From positions 6,778 through 70,777 of IMG/VR virus record IMGVR_UViG_3300042997_001465: 64,000 nucleotides of DNA. One strand, 5' to 3'. Shown here one piece after another: positions 28,155 to 37,239 of the stretch (its first letter is position 1; the number at the start of each line of letters is the position of its first letter). The translations under genes were made by a program, and so were the position numbers. This DNA is from a virus. Its lineage: Duplodnaviria; Caudoviricetes. The notes beneath the pieces are model-generated. The model ran no database searches. It saw only the letters and a program-made list of their open reading frames with translations, and was not told where the DNA came from.

Positions 28155-30284
28155 CTATGGACCTACAGCTACCGTAATCCAATTTGAACCATTATAAAAT
28201 AATAAAGCTCCTCCACCAGCACCTGATGCAGATACAACCAATGTACCAACAACGGCACTTATAGTTGCAGGTGCAGATGCTCCATTAAACGTAGTTGTTC
28301 GTATTCTACTTGCTGCATATATATCGGTAGAACCACTTATTGTTAATACTCTAGTTGTACCATCATACGTCATAGATGTATCAATAACTCCTTGTGCTAA
28401 AGCGTTGTTATATCTAATAACTCCATCGTTTGTAGTACCATTTAATGATAATAATCCAGATGTACCGGATGTTCCGCTAGTACCACCCACCCCATTACTA
28501 CCATTTTCACCATTAACGCCATTTGTACCATTTGTACCATTTGCTCCAGATGTACCGGATGTTCCTCCAGCCCCATTTATTCCAGATGTACCATTAACTC
28601 CATTAGTACCATTTGTACCCGCACTTCCTATTCCTGAAACTCCACTACTTCCACTTACTCCCGATGTTCCACTTGTACCAGGATCACCAGGTGTTCCTGG
28701 ATTACCACTTACCCCACTCGTACCACTGCTTCCGCCTGTCCCATTTATACCAGCAGCACCTGGACTTCCACTTACTCCACTTGTACCAGATGTTCCAGAT
28801 GTACCGGATGAACCAAACCCATTTACTCCAGAAGTTCCATTTGCACCACTTGTACCAGATGAACCAATACCGCCATTTGCACCACTTGTACCAGATGAAC
28901 CCGCAGAACCAACTCCACCGGTTATTGATACAGTAACTGCGCCACCTCCATTATTTGTTAGTGTTGCGCCACTAAAAGTTATTTGATTAACTGCCGATAC
29001 AGGAACGTTTGGTACTGAATCTGCGATTGTTAATGATGCACCTAATGATGATGTTGCTACTTGTACTATATTCTTGTTTCCTACACCACCTACCCAAGCA
29101 TATCCTTGTCTTAATGATGCCGTTAAAGGACCATTTATATCCAATGAACCTGTTATTTGTAAATTATTTGTAGTTGCGTATATTGAACCGGTTTGTGCAA
29201 ATATTCCACCAACTGCTGCTCCCGTACCAAATGATGAAGTTGCTACCAATGTTGCTCTATTACCAGCACCACCAACCCAAGTATATCCATTTGCCAAAGA
29301 AGCAGTAAATACTCCCGATGCAGATATTCTACCGGTTACCGCTAATAAACTACCATCAAATGTAAGATTATCTTCAACATTAAATCCACCAGGTGCTGCG
29401 CCAACAAGAGTTAAAATACCATGATCAGTAGTTCCACTATAAGATACACCTGCACCATTTGTACCAGATGTACCAGATGTACCCCTTGATCCAGAAGTTC
29501 CAGATGTACCAGACGTTCCAGATGTACCAGACGTTCCAGCTCCACTTGTACCAGATGTACCGTTTGAACCAGAAGTTCCTGATGTTCCGCTTGTTCCAGA
29601 TGAACCACTTACTCCAGATGAACCACCCGTTCCACTTACTCCGGATGTTCCAGATGAACCACCCGTACCATTTATTCCAGATGTACCATTTATACCACTA
29701 CTTCCATTAGCACCTGATGTGCCACTTGTCCCGTTAATACCCGATGTACCCGCTTGTCCAGTTGCACCTGCCGTATTTATAAACCAAGATGTTATCCCAC
29801 TACCACTACCAACAACAGACCCAACATTTACGATAAACTGACCTGTACCACTATCATATGATGTAACAGTAGCTGTCATATAATTGCTACCATTTTGAGA
29901 TATAATTGTTTGTTGGCCAGGTGTCCAAGAAAGACCCGTTCCTATTGTGAATGTCTTAACTCCAATTGTAATTGATTCTGATGTTGATGATGTTGATGTA
30001 AACAAATCACCTTTCACACCAGATGTACCTGATGTACCTGATGTGCCAGAAGTTCCTGATGTTCCAGAAGTTCCTGATGTTCCACTTATTCCCGATGTTC
30101 CAGATGTACCTGCTGTTCCTGATGTACCAGAGGTACCAGAAGTACCAGATGAACCAGATGTTCCACTAGTACCAGCAACACCATTTGTACCGGCTGATAT
30201 CTGGGCTTGCAAAAAATCTAGATTAGTATCCATTTCCAATGCGGTTAATGGAGAACCTTTCGTAAGTCTTTTAACTAATGCCAT
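28155..30284 (-). CDS. collagen-like (GTS/GTN) fibre protein
   Basis: N-terminal LVKRLTKGSPLTALEMDTN (phage fibre attachment-type motif); three G-X-Y tracts separated by beta-rich modules. Confidence 0.75.
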   Translation of the reverse strand: MALVKRLTKGSPLTALEMDTNLDFLQAQISAGTNGVAGTSGTSGSSGTSGTSGTSGTAGTSGTSGISGTSGTSGTSGTSGTSGTSGTSGVKGDLFTSTSSTSESITIGVKTFTIGTGLSWTPGQQTIISQNGSNYMTATVTSYDSGTGQFIVNVGSVVGSGSGITSWFINTAGATGQAGTSGINGTSGTSGANGSSGINGTSGINGTGGSSGTSGVSGTGGSSGVSGSSGTSGTSGTSGSNGTSGTSGAGTSGTSGTSGTSGTSGSRGTSGTSGTNGAGVSYSGTTDHGILTLVGAAPGGFNVEDNLTFDGSLLAVTGRISASGVFTASLANGYTWVGGAGNRATLVATSSFGTGAAVGGIFAQTGSIYATTNNLQITGSLDINGPLTASLRQGYAWVGGVGNKNIVQVATSSLGASLTIADSVPNVPVSAVNQITFSGATLTNNGGGAVTVSITGGVGSAGSSGTSGANGGIGSSGTSGANGTSGVNGFGSSGTSGTSGTSGVSGSPGAAGINGTGGSSGTSGVSGNPGTPGDPGTSGTSGVSGSSGVSGIGSAGTNGTNGVNGTSGINGAGGTSGTSGANGTNGTNGVNGENGSNGVGGTSGTSGTSGLLSLNGTTNDGVIRYNNALAQGVIDTSMTYDGTTRVLTISGSTDIYAASRIRTTTFNGASAPATISAVVGTLVVSASGAGGGALLFYNGSNWITVAVGP

Positions 30285-30357
30285 AATCTATATTTTACTA
30301 TTATAATTGTAATATTATAAGAATAAATATAAATATTTAGAGAAAAGTGAATGTGTA

Positions 30358-30831
30358 TTAGCTATAATAAGATTTTAGAACATCTTTTTTGAATTTAACC
30401 TCCTCAATTTGCTTTATACCAGTCAAATTGTATGTTCTGTATAGGTTTGGATTATCTCCGTATATAACGGCATCAGGTTTTACAAAAGAATTAAATATTT
30501 TATTTCCTTTCATATCAGCTTCAATTATTAAATCTTCTAGCTTTTCCGCCTTTGTCCATTTTTCTTCGGTTAATCCTTTTATGTATAACTTAGTAAGCCA
30601 CTTAAAAAATCGCTCTGGCTTTATATCACTAATTTTTATACAAGATAATTTCTTATCAGGTGTTTTTCCTATAACAAATACCAAAGTGGACGATGTACCA
30701 CTTAATGTTTTTTGTTTACCATCTGAATATTTGTATGAGTTAATTCTATAAATATTTCTAGGTAAGACTAGAGTTTTTGATACACTAGTCTCACTTTCAA
30801 TCAATGGTTTATATTGTAATGCAAATGGCAT
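30358..30831 (-). CDS. hypothetical protein
   Basis: 157-aa ORF, start next to upstream stop. Confidence 0.7.
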   Translation of the reverse strand: MPFALQYKPLIESETSVSKTLVLPRNIYRINSYKYSDGKQKTLSGTSSTLVFVIGKTPDKKLSCIKISDIKPERFFKWLTKLYIKGLTEEKWTKAEKLEDLIIEADMKGNKIFNSFVKPDAVIYGDNPNLYRTYNLTGIKQIEEVKFKKDVLKSYYS

Positions 30832-30832
30832 C

Positions 30833-32125
30833 TTATATTTTATTTAGTTTAGGTATTTGCATTTTTGATGAATTCACCTTTGGCATATTAAATGGAACTA
30901 ATTTAGGTTGTGATTTAACATATCGTTCCATCGTTTGAGTAAATTTATCATTCATTTTATCCAATGTAAAATTAGATAACGTATTTGTTCGTAAACCTTC
31001 CGATTTCTTTAAATAAGTATCATAATTTTTATATACATCATAAATTTTATTTGCCGCGGATGAATAGTTAGCGGTAAACCATTGTGCTTCTTTCATACAA
31101 AATTGGTCTGCTGCTGAATCATGTACCGCTGTCAAACTTCCTTCCAGTAAAACCGAATGTTCGGGAGGTAGGAAATCCAACTGCCCACTCCAACCACTAG
31201 CTATAATTGGTTTACCGGTTAAAGTAAACTCAGCCATTGGTCTACCATATCCTTCACCTTTGGTAAACGATAGCATTGCCTTAACTTTGGGGTGATGGTA
31301 TAAATTACTCATATCAGTTTCTTCCATATCACCGTGTACCAAATACACCGATGGGCACTTATCTCCAAGTGGTTTTAATAGAGAGTCAAGTTTTTCTCTA
31401 GTTCCTTCTCTATCTATAACACTAAATCCGGCATGCGAAGTTTTAACGATAAGACCTGGTCTTTTATCTTTTGGTAGATATTGAAATACCGTAGCAAATG
31501 TTTTAATTGCCATACCAATATCTTTTCTATCTTGTCCTAAATCTCCCTTCAACCAATGTCCTACAATTAGGAAGTTAAAATCTTCTTTTACATTTGATAA
31601 TACATCCTTACCAGTTCCTTTGGAAAATATTTCAGTATCAACTCCTTCAAAAAGAACTTCAATGGGTTTTGTTACTCTAATTTCTCCAACAATTTGTCCA
31701 GTTGTCTGGTCTTTTTGCTGATACACAGTTCCGCCAATATTTTGTTTTGTAAAGTTTGACGGTACTATTATCAAATCCATATTATTACATCCGTCAATAA
31801 AATCTTTTGGACAAATTGTAGTTTCAACGCCGGCGGTTATCCCAATGTTATACCCACCTTTTGCAGTAAATTCATTTGCCACCGATACTTGAATGAATAC
31901 ATCAGGTTTTTCAGTAACTTCGGTAATAACTCTTTCCAACATCCAGCGGCCGAAATCACTTTCGCCATCAACATTATTTTGTGGAGTATTACCCCAACGT
32001 AGTGGTATAATTTTAATATCATACTTGTCCATTTTACGAAGTGATTTTAATAAATCACGACTATGGTCCCCATATCCAGAACGGGTAAAGCATGGGCTTT
32101 GAAATACTAATGTTGGTTTATTCAT
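30833..32125 (-). CDS. GT-B (GT4-like) glycosyltransferase
   Basis: TRSGYG, GEGYGRPMAEF..TGKPII..GWSG. Confidence 0.8.
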   Translation of the reverse strand: MNKPTLVFQSPCFTRSGYGDHSRDLLKSLRKMDKYDIKIIPLRWGNTPQNNVDGESDFGRWMLERVITEVTEKPDVFIQVSVANEFTAKGGYNIGITAGVETTICPKDFIDGCNNMDLIIVPSNFTKQNIGGTVYQQKDQTTGQIVGEIRVTKPIEVLFEGVDTEIFSKGTGKDVLSNVKEDFNFLIVGHWLKGDLGQDRKDIGMAIKTFATVFQYLPKDKRPGLIVKTSHAGFSVIDREGTREKLDSLLKPLGDKCPSVYLVHGDMEETDMSNLYHHPKVKAMLSFTKGEGYGRPMAEFTLTGKPIIASGWSGQLDFLPPEHSVLLEGSLTAVHDSAADQFCMKEAQWFTANYSSAANKIYDVYKNYDTYLKKSEGLRTNTLSNFTLDKMNDKFTQTMERYVKSQPKLVPFNMPKVNSSKMQIPKLNKI

Positions 32126-32135
32126 ATATTATAAC

Positions 32136-33518
32136 TTATTTTATTTTAAAAACTTCAAATCTTTCTCTTGGTTTCCAATTTTCAAAAACCGATTCGATTC
32201 CATTAACTAATGTTTGACACATATTCGTATGAGTCAATCCCATCTCACCGATAAACGCCTCTCTACCCTTCAATGCGTTTGTTTTACGAACTTCTTTTGG
32301 TGTGTTGTACGCTTTCTCAATCGCTTCAGCAACATCCTCTATATCAACTCTATCATCCCAAATATAAGGTGTAGGAACTGAACCTGCTAAAGCTTGTGCT
32401 CTGCTCCATACTGGAATTGACCAAGGACCAGGTTTTGCTTTGGTTTCCCATATTCTCCACTCATGCAAAGAACCAATCTTAATGTAATCGTCCGCAGTTA
32501 GTAATTTACCATCAACTTTAAATCCACATTGGTCTTGCAATCCACCAGTTACGTTTACAATGATTGGAGTACCAGCCATAATAGATTCTGCAGTCGCTAA
32601 TCCAAATCCTTCATTGTTAGCTATATTGATTGTTGCATCTACCATATTGTAGATAAGATTCAATTCTTCCTGAGGTCTTCTCTTTTCTGAAAATATAATA
32701 TTACACTCAGGTGCCATTACATCTATTACTGCAGGTAAATCAGTTCCATTCTCATCCACAGGTTGCGTATGCATTACTAAACAAACTTTATCCGCTTTTT
32801 CTTTACCAATTCTATCACAAAACTTTTTAAATGCTACGATAACATCTGCGGGTTGTTTTCTTCTGATATTACGATTACTCCAATATAGAACAAAATCATA
32901 TTCCTTGCCACCTAAAATCTCTTTACGAAATTCTGCAGGCACATCCGCTGGTTTATAAATATTTGTATTAATACCATGTGGTACATAACTCACTTGCCAA
33001 TCTTTTTTAGGCTTCCATGTTGGTTTAGTATCTAATGCCGATAATCTTTTAATGATACCATATGTTTGACGAGATATACAGCCAATCCAATCACAACTCT
33101 CATAGTAGTTACGATTGTATAACGGGTCTGGTAAATCATCCCAAATTGCATAGAATAAAAGAGGAACGTTTTGTCTGATTTCATGTTCGATATCATACAA
33201 CCATGTCCAATAACGAGGGTCAGTAAAGTGTAGGATAGCATCAGGCTTTTCTGAATTGATAAGTTGTCTAATCAAATCAGCATTACCATACCCATTCCAA
33301 GGAAGTATTTTAACATTAGCATCAGCGACACCATATGTATTTTTTATATCTTCACTTACATCCAAAACCTTACCAGCTTCAGGATGATTAATAGCCGCTC
33401 CCACCTGAAACCAATCGTATTTATGTACTGTACCAAGTACTAATTCTTTTGACATAGTAGCGATACCACTTGCCATTCTTAAATCATCCGAAAGTAAAAG
33501 GATTTTCTTTTTTGCCAT
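32136..33518 (-). CDS. GT-B (GT4-like) glycosyltransferase
   Basis: LLLSDD...SG, VPHG, NRNIRRK, NEGFGLATAESIMAGTPII...TGGL. Confidence 0.85.
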   Translation of the reverse strand: MAKKKILLLSDDLRMASGIATMSKELVLGTVHKYDWFQVGAAINHPEAGKVLDVSEDIKNTYGVADANVKILPWNGYGNADLIRQLINSEKPDAILHFTDPRYWTWLYDIEHEIRQNVPLLFYAIWDDLPDPLYNRNYYESCDWIGCISRQTYGIIKRLSALDTKPTWKPKKDWQVSYVPHGINTNIYKPADVPAEFRKEILGGKEYDFVLYWSNRNIRRKQPADVIVAFKKFCDRIGKEKADKVCLVMHTQPVDENGTDLPAVIDVMAPECNIIFSEKRRPQEELNLIYNMVDATINIANNEGFGLATAESIMAGTPIIVNVTGGLQDQCGFKVDGKLLTADDYIKIGSLHEWRIWETKAKPGPWSIPVWSRAQALAGSVPTPYIWDDRVDIEDVAEAIEKAYNTPKEVRKTNALKGREAFIGEMGLTHTNMCQTLVNGIESVFENWKPRERFEVFKIK

Positions 33519-33533
33519 AACTTATTTTGTTTC

Positions 33534-33734
33534 TTAAAATTGTGAACCTGAAATTTGTAATTGTAGGTATTCATTCATTTCCTTTCTAAACTCATCGTCT
33601 TTTACATATCTCTCTACTGTTCTATTTACCAGCTTTTGAAGTGTAACATCCGAATCGAAAGAAACCTTTTTAAATGATGAATATACATCTTTCAGTATTT
33701 TCACAGTTGTTAGTTTTGTGTTGTCTTGATTCAT
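33534..33734 (-). CDS. small ribbon-helix-helix-like DNA-binding protein
   Basis: Likely start MNQDNTKLTTVKILKDVY at 33734; beta strand then two helices; the longer track ORF crosses an AT-rich promoter region. Confidence 0.5.
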   Translation of the reverse strand: MNQDNTKLTTVKILKDVYSSFKKVSFDSDVTLQKLVNRTVERYVKDDEFRKEMNEYLQLQISGSQF

Positions 33735-33786
33735 TATAAATATATTTGTATATATAAATATAATAAAATAAAAAAAACATAATTTT

Positions 33787-34659
33787 TTATTTTGTAGCCT
33801 GTTTATCACATATTCCCCTATTTCCGAACTCACAAAACTTGCAATTCTTTTTAGCGGGACCAGGTACTTTAGGAAATGGGATATCCCTAAACTTACCCTC
33901 ATCATCAAATACGGTATTAATAAATGCCATAAATTCATCATATACTTTGGTTACCGATGGTGCTCCATTTGATGGAATGTGTTTTGAAATATACGGTATC
34001 GGAAATGCGGAATCTTCGGGTAATTTCCTACGAAGAATTTGATATTCTACTCTAATTTTGTTTAAAGAAATATTAAATAATTCTGAATAGTACTTTTTAT
34101 AAAGAAGAATTTGAGAGTTCTTCATCTTATCCGCTTTTTGGTATTGATTCCATCCCATTGTAGATGTCTTAAGGTCAATAATAATAATTTCATTAGATGC
34201 CAAATCTCTCAATACGATATCTATGAATCCAATAAAATGCACACCCTCTTTAATGGTTGCGTTTAATGGAATCTCAATACCTACTAATTCAAATCCACTC
34301 TTTGAGTAAAATTTACTAGAATATTTTTTAAACCACGTAAGTATCCTTCTACCATCTCCATAAAATTCTTCTAATTGTTCTTGGGTACAAGGAGTTCCTT
34401 CACTCATTTTTTCAACTTCTCCCTTATACGATTTTCTCATATTTTCCAATAAGAGACCATCCATACTAATTTCATCAGCCTGCTTTTTGGAAACACCATA
34501 CATTACCGATAAGTAGTGTTGAATAGTTTCATGCATAGCACTACCAAAGATTGTATGGATGTTAGATGAACTTTCACCTAACTTATCTATGTAGTTTAAC
34601 TTATATTGATGAGGGCAGTTACTCCACATTGAGTACTGCGAAAATGATACTTTTGCCAT
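33787..34659 (-). CDS. Cas4/RecB-like PD-(D/E)XK exonuclease
   Basis: SFSQY...CP, FGSAMHE, GFIDIVL, IIDLKT, QILLY, CKFCEF...C. Confidence 0.85.
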   Translation of the reverse strand: MAKVSFSQYSMWSNCPHQYKLNYIDKLGESSSNIHTIFGSAMHETIQHYLSVMYGVSKKQADEISMDGLLLENMRKSYKGEVEKMSEGTPCTQEQLEEFYGDGRRILTWFKKYSSKFYSKSGFELVGIEIPLNATIKEGVHFIGFIDIVLRDLASNEIIIIDLKTSTMGWNQYQKADKMKNSQILLYKKYYSELFNISLNKIRVEYQILRRKLPEDSAFPIPYISKHIPSNGAPSVTKVYDEFMAFINTVFDDEGKFRDIPFPKVPGPAKKNCKFCEFGNRGICDKQATK

Positions 34660-34673
34660 TATGTTTATTTATG

Positions 34674-34705
34674 TAAAGATACGAAAAAATGGTGATATTA
34701 CCAAA
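34674..34705 (-). promoter_or_regulatory. Bacteroidota-type sigma70 promoter
   Basis: TTTG, 20-nt spacer, TATCTTTA variant. Confidence 0.65.
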
Positions 34706-35155
34706 TTAAACTTTGAGTTTTAACTTAGTAATTAACTTAGGGTCAGTACCATACGCCTCTGCGATTCGTTTAATTTCTTCTCGACCTATTGCACTTTCGT
34801 ATAATATATCAAGATATTCGGAGGCCTCATTGGTTGAAATTCCAAACCATTTGGCTACTAAATCAATAATCCATTGGTCATAATCTTTAACGGATTTACC
34901 TTTCATGTATTTAAGATATGTTTTACCTTTTGGTAAAATTCCAATCAATGCTTTATAAACTGCACGAGGTGGGGCTTCTTGTATGTATGGTTGTATTTCC
35001 GCTATCGTTTCAATCCAATCCGGATTCATAGACATATAACGAATGATTAACCAATTACTCCAAGTCTTTTTATCCGCATCATCTAACTTATCCCAATACT
35101 TTGGGTCCTGGTCTTTTGTTATTGCGTTAATATGGTCAAATAATCCTTTTGCCAT
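34706..35155 (-). CDS. clamp-loader small subunit (T4 gp62-like)
   Basis: LFDHINAI...WLIIRYMSMNPD; adjacent to loader ATPase. Confidence 0.7.
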   Translation of the reverse strand: MAKGLFDHINAITKDQDPKYWDKLDDADKKTWSNWLIIRYMSMNPDWIETIAEIQPYIQEAPPRAVYKALIGILPKGKTYLKYMKGKSVKDYDQWIIDLVAKWFGISTNEASEYLDILYESAIGREEIKRIAEAYGTDPKLITKLKLKV

Positions 35156-35415
35156 TAGTCTTCTACTTTTAAACCCGGAGGTAATAATTCATTAAGTACT
35201 TCACCACAATCCCCACAAAGGAATAGTTCAACCGGCAGTACTTCATCTTTTGGTTTACCAGTTAATAACTTTGAAATCTTACGGAATCCAAACCCTTGTA
35301 CGAAAATCTCACCACCACATTTCTTACATCCGATTGCTTCTGTTTTTTCTAATGGAATTGGTTTTTCTTCTTGTCCTCCGATTGGTTGTCCACCTGCTCC
35401 TAAAATGTTAGCCAT
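35155..35415 (-). CDS. small zinc-ribbon protein
   Basis: CKKC...CGDC. Confidence 0.65.
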   Translation of the reverse strand: MANILGAGGQPIGGQEEKPIPLEKTEAIGCKKCGGEIFVQGFGFRKISKLLTGKPKDEVLPVELFLCGDCGEVLNELLPPGLKVED

Positions 35416-35416
35416 G

Positions 35417-36355
35417 TTAAATAATATTTAAAATTTGAATTAATGTAGCTGCTGCGATAATTTCTTTATCAATTGCTACTGCTGATTTACTTACACCATC
35501 TCCTAATACAAGAATAACATTGGAAGTATTTTCTCCCGCATATTCATCTACTTTATCGTATAACAATGTAAATAATTCCGTAAAATCAGTTGTTTTTGCA
35601 TCCAAAATTGTCTGTCTTACTTTCATGTATTTATTTCTCTTATCATCCTTTGATTTAAGTATTTCCAAAACTTTCATCTTATAATCATTATCTAAAAGAT
35701 TTTGAATATCTACATGCAATTTTCCTTTAAGAGAATTTAATTGACAAGTGTTGATTGATTTACGGATATCTGGATAACAAGAATCTATAATTGGAACTAA
35801 ATCTTTAATATCAAATTCAACTCCTTCCGCTTTCAAAATTTTACTCATCTGCATTGCAACATCTTTCTTAGTTGGTGGGATAATTTGAAAAGTTTGACAA
35901 CGGCTTTGAATTGGTTCAATGATTTTCTCAATGTAATTACACGTTAAAATGAAGCGACAATGTGCTGAAAATGTTTCCATCAAGTTTCTTAAGATAGCTT
36001 GTGCGTTTGGTGTCATATAATCAAACTCATCCAATATAATAATTTTATATTTTTTAAATCCCATTGATGATGCGAAGTTCTTTACTTTATTTCTTACAGT
36101 CTCAACGTTGTTCTCATCAGATGCGTTGATAATCATATAATCACATTCAATTGATTTTACAATTAATTTTGCCAATGTTGTTTTACCAGTACCGGCTTTT
36201 CCAAATAATAATAAGTGTGGTACGTCTTCGGTTTCCAAATAACCCGCTACTTTACCTTTTAAATGCTCATTACCTACATAATCATCTAATTTAGATGGTC
36301 TATATTTTTCTACCCATAAAGAATGGGTTATTTCTTCTTGTTTATATTCAAACAT
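35417..36355 (-). CDS. clamp-loader AAA+ subunit (gp44/RFC-small-like)
   Basis: WVEKYRP, GKAGTGKT, INASDE, ILDEFD, SRC, PDIR. Confidence 0.93.
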   Translation of the reverse strand: MFEYKQEEITHSLWVEKYRPSKLDDYVGNEHLKGKVAGYLETEDVPHLLLFGKAGTGKTTLAKLIVKSIECDYMIINASDENNVETVRNKVKNFASSMGFKKYKIIILDEFDYMTPNAQAILRNLMETFSAHCRFILTCNYIEKIIEPIQSRCQTFQIIPPTKKDVAMQMSKILKAEGVEFDIKDLVPIIDSCYPDIRKSINTCQLNSLKGKLHVDIQNLLDNDYKMKVLEILKSKDDKRNKYMKVRQTILDAKTTDFTELFTLLYDKVDEYAGENTSNVILVLGDGVSKSAVAIDKEIIAAATLIQILNII

Positions 36356-36366
36356 ATTTTATTTTT

Positions 36367-36840
36367 TTATTTTCCAGTTGAACCAAATCCACCTTCACCT
36401 CTTAACGTTTCCGATAATTCATCTACTTCAATTAAATCTACAGTAGGATGTGGGATAATCATAATTTGACAAACTCTATCACCTACTTTATACCAATCAT
36501 TAATATTAGTATGAGATGCACTATTCACTTTCATTTCATCGTACATAGCCTCACCACCAAATAATTTATTGAATGTAGCTTGCAATTCTCCTCTATATCC
36601 ACTATCAACTACACCAACCGAATTACTTAATTGTAAACCTGTCTTTCTAATCGATGAACGAGGAAATATCAATCCCACAAATCCTTCAGGTATTTCTAAT
36701 GCTATACCCAACCCATATGTTATTTGCTCCGGTGTATCTGATATAATTGATGTTGCCACCAAGTCCATTCCAGCATCGCCTTCTTTAGCGTATGTTGGTA
36801 TCGTTGCTAATGGATTAAGCTTCTTTATTCTCACTTTCAT
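36367..36840 (-). CDS. dut: trimeric dUTPase
   Basis: AGMDL, PRSS, GVVDSGYRGE, Q, RGEGGFGSTG. Confidence 0.95.
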   Translation of the reverse strand: MKVRIKKLNPLATIPTYAKEGDAGMDLVATSIISDTPEQITYGLGIALEIPEGFVGLIFPRSSIRKTGLQLSNSVGVVDSGYRGELQATFNKLFGGEAMYDEMKVNSASHTNINDWYKVGDRVCQIMIIPHPTVDLIEVDELSETLRGEGGFGSTGK

Positions 36841-37180
36841 TTTCTAAATTTTGTTTTGTTAATTCCAATTGTTTATTTCTAAGTTGTTTACCTTCATCTG
36901 TCAATTCTCTAGCGAATAATTTAAATGATTTGCCGCTTTTGTGAGTAAATGTAATATACGATTCCTTTGTATTTGCAATAGTGAATATTACTTTAGGTTC
37001 TTCGTCATTACTATCATTTTCACCAGTCCAAGCAAATATCTGAGGTTCATCTTCATCGAATTGAAAACACCACTCACAATTTTCTAATTTTTCAGGTTCG
37101 CGTAATTTAATTTCACCCAATTGTTCCAATGGTTGTATTTCAACCACTTCTTGTTTTTTTACTTTTTTATTTTTTGCCAT
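36815..37180 (-). CDS. hypothetical protein
   Basis: 121-aa ORF directly downstream of a promoter. Confidence 0.65.
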   Translation of the reverse strand: MAKNKKVKKQEVVEIQPLEQLGEIKLREPEKLENCEWCFQFDEDEPQIFAWTGENDSNDEEPKVIFTIANTKESYITFTHKSGKSFKLFARELTDEGKQLRNKQLELTKQNLENESENKEA

Positions 37181-37208
37181 AATTTTATTGTTTGTTTGTT
37201 TATTTATA

Positions 37209-37239
37209 CAAATATACGAAAAAAAGTTTAGAATTCAAA
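37209..37239 (-). promoter_or_regulatory. Bacteroidota-type sigma70 promoter
   Basis: TTTG, 19-nt spacer, TATATTTG. Confidence 0.7.

Noticed and set aside
33787-34659. Cas4-like nuclease as sign of a CRISPR-Cas locus
   Set aside because: No cas1/cas2 or array in the window; solo Cas4/RecB-like nucleases are common in phage replication modules.
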